A DNA stretch of 32,000 nt from a virus: positions 12,528 through 44,527 of the IMG/VR virus record IMGVR_UViG_3300045988_146431. One strand, written 5' to 3'. How positions within the stretch are numbered: position 1 is the stretch's first letter; each line of letters starts with the position of its first letter. The notes under the pieces were generated by a model. That model was not told the DNA's origin, made no database searches, and worked only from the letters and a program-made list of their open reading frames with translations. Both the position numbers and the translations under genes were made by a program. Positions 15,297 to 22,253 of the stretch are shown piece by piece.

Positions 15297-15489
15297 CTGG
15301 AGGCATATGGAATATGTCGTCATCTTGAAATGGAAACCACGATTCAATCTCATTTAGAACTGTTAAAGCTTTTCGTTCTGTAGAATATTCTCCAAGTAAT
15401 GAACCACTACCCCATATTTGATTAGCACTATCAACTTCTAAATCGTGAGTTTCAGTTAAAATCCTTAAATCCTGACTTCTAATCCACAT
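15277..15489 (-). CDS. Hypothetical protein (70 aa)
   Basis: MWIRSQDLRILTE...GEYSTERKALTVLNEIESW... resembles a widespread small phage protein type. Confidence 0.55.
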   Translation of the reverse strand: MWIRSQDLRILTETHDLEVDSANQIWGSGSLLGEYSTERKALTVLNEIESWFPFQDDDIFHMPPDDRVEV

Positions 15490-15490
15490 C

Positions 15491-16006
15491 TTAATACCCT
15501 TCTTTCAATCGTTGATAATTGATTTTGTTCTTATAACAATAACATTCATATACTTGCTCAATTGTGAAACCTAAGTATTCTGAGATTGCAATTAATACCG
15601 GAATAATTGAACTTTCAAAAATAACTAAACGAGTTAATACTTTAGACAGATTACTTTTTTTAGTTCTTAACCGTTTTAACATTCCATTCGATAGTTCTTC
15701 CTCGTTTAAATAACTTAATCGTGCTTCTTCTCCGAAATTAAAATGATTCTGATAACTTAACACGAAATGCCAAATATCAACTAATTCGCCTAACACTTTT
15801 TCTTTATCAACAGGAGCTTGCGTTTTCTTCCACCAACACCAGTTAGCTTTAAGTTCGTGAGTTAATTCTCCCACTTCATCAAGGATTGCCATTCTTAAAT
15901 TCTCTTCATCAATTTCATCTAATCCGTATTCTTTCATAATTGCTTCATCTAACTTTTCCTGCATTTGAAGCATTTCTTTAATTAAATTGTATTCTTTACT
16001 TGTCAT
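15491..16006 (-). CDS. All-alpha NTP pyrophosphohydrolase, dimeric dUTPase-like
   Basis: LRMAILDEVGELTHELKANWCWWKK...EKVLGELVDIWHFVLSY matches the remembered dUTPase_2/MazG-like pattern (Al.vE.gEl.ne...fK.Wsk...llEE.vD.lHF.ls). AAGGAG RBS. Confidence 0.6.
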   Translation of the reverse strand: MTSKEYNLIKEMLQMQEKLDEAIMKEYGLDEIDEENLRMAILDEVGELTHELKANWCWWKKTQAPVDKEKVLGELVDIWHFVLSYQNHFNFGEEARLSYLNEEELSNGMLKRLRTKKSNLSKVLTRLVIFESSIIPVLIAISEYLGFTIEQVYECYCYKNKINYQRLKEGY

Positions 16007-16018
16007 TTGTTTCTCCTT

Positions 16019-16582
16019 TTATTCATCTATAAAATTTATGATATACGTTAATTCTTTCATTCTTTCTACCGCTTCTTCTTTAATGAATTGCAAAGTTGCT
16101 CTCTTTGCTACTTCAAAACTTTTAAACGGATGAACAATGCTTATTGTTTCTCCAAAATACAATGTGAAATATACATAAAACAATTTTGGCTCACTCTCGT
16201 TAAGTTGGTGCTCTTCAATTGTTGCGATTGCTCTGTTTTCATTGTAGGCATCAGTCAATACAAGTCGTGTTATTTTTTGCCCGTCAAATCTATTTTTTTT
16301 CCATATTAATTTCATATTTTTCTCTTCGGCAACAACTTCAGATTTTTTATCTTTTGTTCTTTTATGTTTTACATGATCTTTTCCAGTTAATAGTCTATGT
16401 AACCAAATTGTACAAAGTGGGTAATCAACACCTTTAAAATCAAGGTACATTGATCGTAATTCTAATTCTTCAGTAAAATAACATGGATTGTATTTTTTTA
16501 ACTCACCATCCACGTCAAATGCATCATATGGTTCTAAACCATTTTCTTCCATGAATTTCTCAATCACTTTTGATTCAATCAT
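16019..16582 (-). CDS. Hypothetical protein (187 aa)
   Basis: GGAGGAA RBS 7 nt upstream. No family recognised. Confidence 0.6.
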   Translation of the reverse strand: MIESKVIEKFMEENGLEPYDAFDVDGELKKYNPCYFTEELELRSMYLDFKGVDYPLCTIWLHRLLTGKDHVKHKRTKDKKSEVVAEEKNMKLIWKKNRFDGQKITRLVLTDAYNENRAIATIEEHQLNESEPKLFYVYFTLYFGETISIVHPFKSFEVAKRATLQFIKEEAVERMKELTYIINFIDE

Positions 16583-16785
16583 TCTATTTCCTCCAATTCC
16601 AATTCTTCACATATTTTTACGATTATAAACCCTTCTCTTGAACGCTTTTGTATTCCTCTTTTCTGTTTGGAACACATGGATCTAAATCCATTGATTGTTG
16701 TTTCTAAAAACGATGCACATTCATCTTCTGTTCCAATACAAACAGGAAGATCATCCTTGTATATTCCGTATATTTTTCGTGCCAT
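16579..16785 (-). CDS. Hypothetical protein (68 aa)
   Basis: ATG 16785 (MARKIYGIYKDD) lies 7 nt after the upstream stop, with AAGGT. The track start 16812 would overlap the upstream gene. Confidence 0.5.
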   Translation of the reverse strand: MARKIYGIYKDDLPVCIGTEDECASFLETTINGFRSMCSKQKRGIQKRSREGFIIVKICEELELEEIE

Positions 16786-16792
16786 ATTTACC

Positions 16793-17503
16793 TTATAAAA
16801 ATCGAACATCAAACATTGGCTTTTTCACTTTTCCATGACATGTGTCTAAAACTGTTTGATAACTGCATAATAAATCTTTAGCAGCTTTTCTGCATGATGG
16901 CCAAGATCTAACCAATACACCATGCTTAAATAATCCAACATTTTTTCTTTCATACCTTGAACTAGCTAAAGAACCTGTAATGCTTGCACATTTGCTTCTG
17001 TCAACAACCTCAATCGCATCTAGCTTAAGCTTATCTCCATAAACAAGAACATAATCATCTGAATTTAAATCTCTTTTTATAAAAGCTTTCGCATAAAGCC
17101 TTGCTGCATTCACTTCTTTTTTATTTATCTTTACCATCCATTTTGTTTTATGCTTATAATTCGCCAGTGTTCTCATGCCACCTCTTTTTTTTGTGTATCT
17201 CACTGTACAATCTGGAAAAGCATAATATTTTCTGCCACTTTCTGTGGTAAGAATCAAAACCGGCTCATTTGTTAAATATCTCTTATCTTTTGTTTCTTTT
17301 TCAATCAAAACACAACCTCTATAAAACGGTGCAAGTACCGAAACATAATTATTAAATGTAGATTGTTTAATTTTTAGGGTTGCCATAACTTCTAAATCTG
17401 TTACCTCACCCTTGATATCTAATGGATCATCCGGATTTTGCATCAAATAAACAACACCCTTCGTTCTTACTTTTCTAAGAACTTTATATTTTTTCTTTGC
17501 CAT
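16793..17503 (-). CDS. Homing-endonuclease-related DNA-binding protein, apparently degenerate
   Basis: 236 aa. The middle part resembles the NUMOD4/HNH_3 layout (YYAFPDCTVRY...VNAARLYAKAFI...) but I cannot find the catalytic His/Asn residues. The C-terminus (SWPSCRKAAKDLLCSYQTVLDTCHGK) looks like a NUMOD1/IENR-type HTH. Confidence 0.45.
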   Translation of the reverse strand: MAKKKYKVLRKVRTKGVVYLMQNPDDPLDIKGEVTDLEVMATLKIKQSTFNNYVSVLAPFYRGCVLIEKETKDKRYLTNEPVLILTTESGRKYYAFPDCTVRYTKKRGGMRTLANYKHKTKWMVKINKKEVNAARLYAKAFIKRDLNSDDYVLVYGDKLKLDAIEVVDRSKCASITGSLASSRYERKNVGLFKHGVLVRSWPSCRKAAKDLLCSYQTVLDTCHGKVKKPMFDVRFL

Positions 17504-18294
17504 CAGTTCAACCTGTAATTCTTTCCAGGCTCTTTCTCGATTTCAAAGAAGAAACCATTGCACTTTTCAACAATTCGGCCAACTACCGCTTCATTTATAT
17601 CAATCATTTCCTGGCTTGTTCTTTCACAAGATATGATCGTCTGCATGTTGTTGTTATAGCGATAATCAATCAAATCAAAGATTGCTTTATCATCCAACTT
17701 ATTTGCACTAGATTTAAACAAATCATCTAGATACAAGATTTGAGCGTGTTTAGCACGTTCTAGAAGCGAATAATCAAAGTTGCTAATAGAATTACTCAAC
17801 TCAATGTATCTGACGTACAGAACGCGTTTATTTTGTTCAAGCAACCAATTACTGATTCCTGAACATAGATGTGTTTTCCCACATCCGCTCTGTCCTAAAA
17901 ACATCAACCAATTGCAAGGCATGTGTTCTGCAAAATTGTTTTTACAATCCTGGATGTAATTCACTGCCATTTTTTTGATTGCTTCCTGCCAAGGATCAGA
18001 TGCATTAAAACTATTGATTCGTTTGTTCAACAAATCTTTTAAACCACTGTTCTTTTTGTTCTTCTCAATCCACTCACTGCGATAGCTTGATAGTTTCTCA
18101 CAGTCATTTCTTTTTGAACAGAACACCTTTGTTGCAGCAACCAAGTATTTCCCGTCATAATAAGCTGGCTTTTCCCAAATACCACATGCCCCGGCTGCCA
18201 TGCATTTGTCACAATCACTTTGGCAATGTTTGCTTTTAAGATATTTCTTATTTTCTTCATTTTGTTTTTGGATTATTTCACTAACTGACTGCAT
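17503..18294 (-). CDS. DnaC/IstB-like AAA+ helicase loader
   Basis: Walker A LGQSGCGKTHL and Walker B ILYLDDLF. Cys-rich N-terminus. TAATG junction with the replisome organizer. Confidence 0.8.
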   Translation of the reverse strand: MQSVSEIIQKQNEENKKYLKSKHCQSDCDKCMAAGACGIWEKPAYYDGKYLVAATKVFCSKRNDCEKLSSYRSEWIEKNKKNSGLKDLLNKRINSFNASDPWQEAIKKMAVNYIQDCKNNFAEHMPCNWLMFLGQSGCGKTHLCSGISNWLLEQNKRVLYVRYIELSNSISNFDYSLLERAKHAQILYLDDLFKSSANKLDDKAIFDLIDYRYNNNMQTIISCERTSQEMIDINEAVVGRIVEKCNGFFFEIEKEPGKNYRLN

Positions 18295-19094
18295 TACATC
18301 TTCATTCCTTTCGCGATCACAAAATTATTTGTTTTTTGTTTAGGTGCTACACTGTTCAGATAAATTTCAAACTTAGATCCAAACAACGTGTCAGGCCTTA
18401 GATACTTGTTCATTTTTGTATCGTTTAACCAATCATAAGCTTTAACATCAATCACAAGCTTAAAGTCTTCTAATCTGAATCCCTCATTCCATCTAGCATG
18501 AATCTTCTCTCTAGCAATGCGATTACTGTGTTTGTAACGCTTTGAACATTTAGAATTCAAGTAGTCAATAATTTCAACATAAGGGATTGTTTCTGATGCT
18601 GATAAATCAGTGTCGTCGGAACTTTCTTTTATATTTCTTTTATTAACTGTGTTACTAACTGTGTATATAACTGTCTTAGATTGGTCATTTTTGACCATTG
18701 TACATTGGTCATTTTTGACTATTCTACAATTGCCATTTTCGACCGTTCGATTAGTCACTTTTGACCAATCGATAGATAAGGCACTTTTTAGTTTTTCTCC
18801 TACTTCTCCAAACGCATACCAAGTTGTATGATTCCATGGATTTTCGTTATAGTTTCCCTTTACTAACAAGTCCAGTTCAACCATTTTATTTAAAATTCTT
18901 TTTATCTTTTGAACATTCCAATAAGGGAACATTTTATGCAATCCTTCATATGTATTGAACGTCCAATATTTCCCGTCCTGGAAGTTGTAATTATTTGCTT
19001 CGTTCTTGCTGATCCAAAAACAAAACATATCGAACATGATAGCTATTTCAACTCCATATTCATTTGCAATTTCCGCATCAAAACTATGTTTCAT
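18294..19094 (-). CDS. Phage replisome organizer / DnaD-like initiator
   Basis: The N-terminal winged-helix-like region (...EGLHKMFPYWNVQKIKRILNKMVELDLLVKGNYN...) and the C-terminal IPYVEIIDYLNSKCSKRYKHSN...RWNEGFRLEDFKLVIDVK...YLRPDTLFG match the remembered replisome-organizer N-domain plus conserved phage C-terminal (Phg_2220_C-type) pattern. Confidence 0.75.
   Translation of the reverse strand: MKHSFDAEIANEYGVEIAIMFDMFCFWISKNEANNYNFQDGKYWTFNTYEGLHKMFPYWNVQKIKRILNKMVELDLLVKGNYNENPWNHTTWYAFGEVGEKLKSALSIDWSKVTNRTVENGNCRIVKNDQCTMVKNDQSKTVIYTVSNTVNKRNIKESSDDTDLSASETIPYVEIIDYLNSKCSKRYKHSNRIAREKIHARWNEGFRLEDFKLVIDVKAYDWLNDTKMNKYLRPDTLFGSKFEIYLNSVAPKQKTNNFVIAKGMKM
18681..18775. repeat. Four tandem ~24-bp iterons inside the replisome-organizer gene (candidate ori)
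   Basis: The four units are ttggtcatttttgaccattgtaca, ttggtcatttttgactattctaca, attgccattttcgaccgttcgat and tagtcacttttgaccaatcgatag. The best copy contains the palindrome GGTCA-N4-TGACC. The repeats are translated as repeated VKNDQ-type octapeptides. Confidence 0.65.
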
Positions 19095-19101
19095 ACTATC
19101 C

Positions 19102-19365
19102 TCAAAATAAAGATATTTCCTTTATTCTCTTTCTATTCCTTATATTACTTTTAGGCAGAATCACAAGCTTATAAAGCCTTCCATCCACCTGATAAAAACG
19201 ATATGCTGCACCCATACAAGAAACATTTTTTCTTTGTACGAGAGCAGCTGTAATTCCATATTCTTCAAACATATAAACTGCATCAGGAACTACCTGTAGA
19301 ACCTCATATGATGCATTTTGAACCTGGATAACATCACCTGTATTAACATTAGTAGCTTCTTTCAT
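19102..19365 (-). CDS. Hypothetical protein (87 aa)
   Basis: GGGAG RBS 7 nt upstream. Precedes the replication genes. Confidence 0.55.
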   Translation of the reverse strand: MKEATNVNTGDVIQVQNASYEVLQVVPDAVYMFEEYGITAALVQRKNVSCMGAAYRFYQVDGRLYKLVILPKSNIRNRKRIKEISLF

Positions 19366-19411
19366 TTGTTTCTCCCGTCTTGTATAATTACCTCGAAAAG
19401 AGGTAACTAAA

Positions 19412-19840
19412 ATGTTAAATATTGATCCAAATTATATTCTTGCCCTCATTACTTTTGTAGCACTTATTTCTCCGTCTATTGCAAATTATATAAACTGCAA
19501 ATACAACACTAAAATACGTAAATTTGAAATACTAGAAGACAGAAATTATCAGTTGTCAATTTTCAAAAGAGATATTTATTTAAATTATCTTGAATGTGCA
19601 TCTTACATTATTGTTTCTAAAACAATGAATATACAAAGCGAGCAACAATATAAAACATATTTTTTAAAAGCTTTATCTATTTCAGATAATCAAATCACTG
19701 AATATTTAATCAGTATTAATGATTTAATTACTGATAAAAAATACCAAGATGCATTTGATTTGCTTCAAGAGCTATCTCCATTAATCCACAATCTAATTGA
19801 ATTCGATATCTCTTTACACGAGCAAAAGACTGACAAGTAA
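19412..19840 (+). CDS. Membrane-anchored hypothetical protein (142 aa) on the opposite strand
   Basis: AGAGGT RBS and a consensus TATAAT about 20 nt upstream. N-terminal TM (YILALITFVALISPSIANYI) followed by a helical domain. Confidence 0.6.
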   Translation: MLNIDPNYILALITFVALISPSIANYINCKYNTKIRKFEILEDRNYQLSIFKRDIYLNYLECASYIIVSKTMNIQSEQQYKTYFLKALSISDNQITEYLISINDLITDKKYQDAFDLLQELSPLIHNLIEFDISLHEQKTDK

Positions 19841-19963
19841 TACAATCACTATCTCATAGATCCAATAAATAACCACTCCTGGAAAATCCCATACAAAACA
19901 ATTAACAACCGCTAAAATAAGGGCCATAATAATTATTACCGCCATTGTTGTTGTTGCTGTCAT
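19814..19963 (-). CDS. Possible very hydrophobic 49-aa peptide downstream of recombinase 2
   Basis: Hand translation: MTATTTMAVIIIMALILAVVNCFVWDFPGVVIYWIYEIVIVLLVSLLLV. Starts 5 nt after the recombinase stop. The 3' end overlaps the convergent 142-aa gene by 27 nt. Confidence 0.35.
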   Translation of the reverse strand: MTATTTMAVIIIMALILAVVNCFVWDFPGVVIYWIYEIVIVLLVSLLLV

Positions 19964-19968
19964 ATTAC

Positions 19969-20868
19969 CTACTTTCTTTTAGCATAACTCAATGATTCAA
20001 GATTCTGCTTTTTCATTTTCCTTGTTGTACGAACATAGATTCTTGTAGTTTCTAAACTAGAATGGCCCAAAATGTCAGCTAGTTCAGTAATCGCATTTTC
20101 ACCATTCTGCATCAAATACTGAATCGCAAACAAATGTCTGAATGCATGAGGATGTACTTTACCAAGCTTAATCCCTCTGCATTTACCAGCAATCATCTTT
20201 AAATCTCTAGACAACACACGAGCGTTTACAGGACTTTTCTTATCAGAAGATGTAAATATACACCCTTCTTCAATTTTGTTGTCCTTGCAATATTTTAGAA
20301 GCTCTCTGCGCAAGTCTGAACGTAGAATGATTCCTCGACCTTTTCCTTTGTTCATAACATACACATTGTCATCCGTTACTGCTTCTACAGTAAAAAACTG
20401 TAATTCGCTCAAACGAATGCCCGTATACCCAAACACCTTCATGATCTCGTATAAGTCCATACGATTGATTTCTCGGGCTTTTTTCAATAGCCTTTGAAAT
20501 TCATTAGGTTCTAGAATATCATCCAAAGAATCATCTTTCTGGACTCTTACGTTCTTCAATAAGTTCTTTGAATAATATTTCTTTAGCTTAAGAAAATTGA
20601 AATCATCATCTAAATCAATGATTTCGCTATACTTAACAAATTTATTAATAATCACGATATAATTATTCACTGTACTGATTTTATAATCATGCAGCAGTTT
20701 ATCTTTAACAGTAACTATATCGCTCTTTTTTATTTCACCATCAGGCAATGAGTTAACAAACAAAGTAGCAACATGCTTGTATTTACGAATGGTATTCTTA
20801 CTTTTCTCATCCGCTGTTTCTTCTTCAATAAACCCGTCAATTTTTGTTTGTAACTCATCCTTAGTCAT
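19969..20868 (-). CDS. Second tyrosine recombinase (XerC/D-like, 299 aa)
   Basis: GIRLSEL (Arg box), HPHAFRHLFAIQYL (HxxR) and LGHSSLETTRIYV (His and Tyr nucleophile). No arm-binding N-domain like the 365-aa integrase. Confidence 0.85.
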   Translation of the reverse strand: MTKDELQTKIDGFIEEETADEKSKNTIRKYKHVATLFVNSLPDGEIKKSDIVTVKDKLLHDYKISTVNNYIVIINKFVKYSEIIDLDDDFNFLKLKKYYSKNLLKNVRVQKDDSLDDILEPNEFQRLLKKAREINRMDLYEIMKVFGYTGIRLSELQFFTVEAVTDDNVYVMNKGKGRGIILRSDLRRELLKYCKDNKIEEGCIFTSSDKKSPVNARVLSRDLKMIAGKCRGIKLGKVHPHAFRHLFAIQYLMQNGENAITELADILGHSSLETTRIYVRTTRKMKKQNLESLSYAKRK

Positions 20869-20869
20869 A

Positions 20870-21091
20870 TTACTTAACTACCTGTATGATTGTTGTAGCC
20901 AAGATCTTAGTAGATAAAAATACGCATACATTCAATGCAAGTAAAGCAATATTAATGAATGTACATGCAACTACATAATTCTTTGGCTTAGGTTTCAAAT
21001 TAATGAGATACTTGTCATCTAACTTATTAATCTCATAATTATCGAAATTGGGAATCACCCAATTTTCTTTTTCTTCTTTTTCTTTTGTCAT
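20870..21091 (-). CDS. Small membrane protein (73 aa) upstream of recombinase 2
   Basis: ATG 21091 lies after AGGAGA. C-terminal TM (VVACTFINIALLALNVCVFL). The stop is 1 nt from the recombinase ATG. Confidence 0.55.
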   Translation of the reverse strand: MTKEKEEKENWVIPNFDNYEINKLDDKYLINLKPKPKNYVVACTFINIALLALNVCVFLSTKILATTIIQVVK

Positions 21092-21132
21092 TTTATATCT
21101 CCTTATATAATAGTGATTGGAGGTGAAAAGAA

Positions 21133-21348
21133 ATGTCTGATTTAGCAATTCAAATCCATAAATTTGTCCTAGCAAACAAACGTGGAGAAGAAAAACTATG
21201 CAGTTTAGAAGATGTCACAGATGCGTTCCCTACTCATTCTGAAGATCAAGTCAAGAAAGCACTTCACGAATTAGGTGATAACGGCTACATCCGTTCCTTT
21301 ATGAACGCCGACAACTTCATTTATTACGTATTCAGTGTGATAGAATAA
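21133..21348 (+). CDS. Small hypothetical protein (71 aa), possibly winged-helix
   Basis: GGAGGTG RBS 7 nt upstream. Own terminator at 21354-21380. Divergent from the recombinase-2 operon. Confidence 0.6.
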   Translation: MSDLAIQIHKFVLANKRGEEKLCSLEDVTDAFPTHSEDQVKKALHELGDNGYIRSFMNADNFIYYVFSVIE

Positions 21349-21351
21349 GTA

Positions 21352-21642
21352 TTAGCACTCTTTTGAGTGCTTTTCTTTTTGCCTTACCCTTTCATGAATC
21401 GAATATGCTCTATCTTGATGATCTATTCTTTTCACCAAAATCCAATCCTTAGCCAAAATATCTTTTGTTGTAATTCCTGCCATGCGAACAATATATCCTT
21501 TAAAAGGAATATAAGCACCATAGCCATAAATAGCATTATCAAACGGCACTAAATAGCCATTTACAGTTGTTAGGAATGAGTTCTTACGTACCATTCCCAT
21601 TTTTCTTTTCTTTGCCAACTTAGTAGCTTTAACAATATTCAT
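21352..21642 (-). CDS. DUF2829-like small protein (Tad2-type family?), 96 aa
   Basis: AAGGAG RBS. The C-terminal GITTKDILAKDWILV resembles the remembered DUF2829 hallmark (W.ps..DllAeDWeiv), and the N-terminal IVKATKLAKKRKMGMVRK resembles its FgeAlealk.Gkkv.R start. The usual GW is not seen, so the assignment is tentative. Confidence 0.45.
   Translation of the reverse strand: MNIVKATKLAKKRKMGMVRKNSFLTTVNGYLVPFDNAIYGYGAYIPFKGYIVRMAGITTKDILAKDWILVKRIDHQDRAYSIHERVRQKEKHSKEC
21354..21380 (+). terminator. Intrinsic terminator
   Basis: AGCACTC-tttt-GAGTGCT followed by TTTTCTTTTT. The stem is embedded in the last codons (…EC stop) of the convergent gene 21352..21642. Confidence 0.6.
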
Positions 21643-21668
21643 TTTTTTATTTCTCCTTTTAGAAACTG

Positions 21669-21740
21669 TGATATAATGAATGTGTAGTACATTAAAGGGC
21701 CTACTGCCCTAGCACTCTTGGCCAAGAGTGCTTTTTATTT
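21669..21740 (+). ncRNA. Candidate ~55-nt antisense small RNA
   Basis: Extended -10 TGATATAAT (21669-21677) comes first. Then two GC-rich hairpins: AGGGC/GCCCT (21696-21710) and the 22-bp perfect palindrome agcactcttggccaagagtgct (21711-21732). These are followed by TTTTTATTT. No plus-strand gene is available to be terminated here. Confidence 0.3.
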
Positions 21741-21969
21741 GTTCCTTCCAAATGTCATTCAATGCGCTTCTAGTCTCAGGAAAATACTCAACAAACAACG
21801 GAGTGGGAACTGCAAGAATCTTTCCAAGCATAGTGTCTCGATATGATCCTTCAAATATTTCACCCTTTTTATTTTTTTGTCTGCGTAGATTATGTAAAAT
21901 CTTTCTAGCCTGTGTATCCTTTACAGGTAAAACAAGCATCACATCTCTAACAGTCACATATGCTTTCAT
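21709..21969 (-). CDS. Excisionase/MerR-like HTH early protein (86 aa)
   Basis: MKAYVTVRDVMLVLPVKDTQARKILHNL is an Xis-type HTH. ATGA overlap with the 49-aa ORF. The track ORF begins 19 codons upstream without an RBS. Confidence 0.6.
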   Translation of the reverse strand: MKAYVTVRDVMLVLPVKDTQARKILHNLRRQKNKKGEIFEGSYRDTMLGKILAVPTPLFVEYFPETRSALNDIWKEQIKSTLGQEC

Positions 21970-22115
21970 TTTTCTTCGTTCTCCTTTCCTTTTGAATCTT
22001 GAATTTTGCTTCGATCTAAAATACACGCGATATATCCTTTGTCATATTCTTCGATGTCGTATCCCATCTTTTTTATCTTTTCCAAGGTTTCTTTGACATT
22101 TTCATCAGCTGACAT
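21966..22115 (-). CDS. First early gene, 49-aa acidic protein
   Basis: GGAGGG RBS. Hand translation: MSADENVKETLEKIKKMGYDIEEYDKGYIACILDRSKIQDSKGKENEEK. Lies directly downstream of the consensus early promoter. Confidence 0.5.
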   Translation of the reverse strand: MSADENVKETLEKIKKMGYDIEEYDKGYIACILDRSKIQDSKGKENEEK

Positions 22116-22147
22116 CACATCCCTCCTTTCAAGTTAATTACATTAAT

Positions 22148-22224
22148 ATTATAGTTAGTTAAAATAACTTTGTAAACAATAATTTGTTATTTTAGTTAAC
22201 TTCTACATTTTCTTTTGTTATAAT
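22148..22224. promoter_or_regulatory. Lysis-lysogeny switch: divergent promoters and operators
   Basis: Minus strand: TTTACA (22176-22171), 17 nt, TATAAT (22153-22148). Plus strand: TTAACT (22196-22201), 17 nt including TGt, TATAAT (22219-22224). An imperfect inverted repeat ttagttaaaataac (22155-22168) / gttattttagttaa (22186-22199) matches at 12 of 14 positions. Confidence 0.6.
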
Positions 22225-22253
22225 ACATTTAGCTATAGAAAGCTGGTGACCTC

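Noticed and set aside
18039-18260. Nested minus-strand ORF 18039..18260 (and similarly 27659..27856 inside the endolysin)
   Set aside because: These are alternative frames inside strongly supported genes (DnaC-like loader, amidase), with no independent signals.
18610-18831. Plus-strand ORF 18610..18831 across the iterons
   Set aside because: This is an antisense frame kept open by the repeat periodicity. The minus-strand initiator gene explains the region.
19391-19409. Hairpin TTACCTC-gaaaa-GAGGTAA apparently sequestering the RBS of 19412..19840
   Set aside because: The predicted transcription start from the adjacent TATAAT falls inside the left arm, so the full hairpin would probably not be present in that mRNA.
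21728-22096. Plus-strand 122-aa ORF antisense to the early genes
   Set aside because: It has no RBS and low-complexity F/L/S-rich sequence. The minus strand has a consensus promoter, RBSs and two coupled genes that fit the Cro/Xis position.
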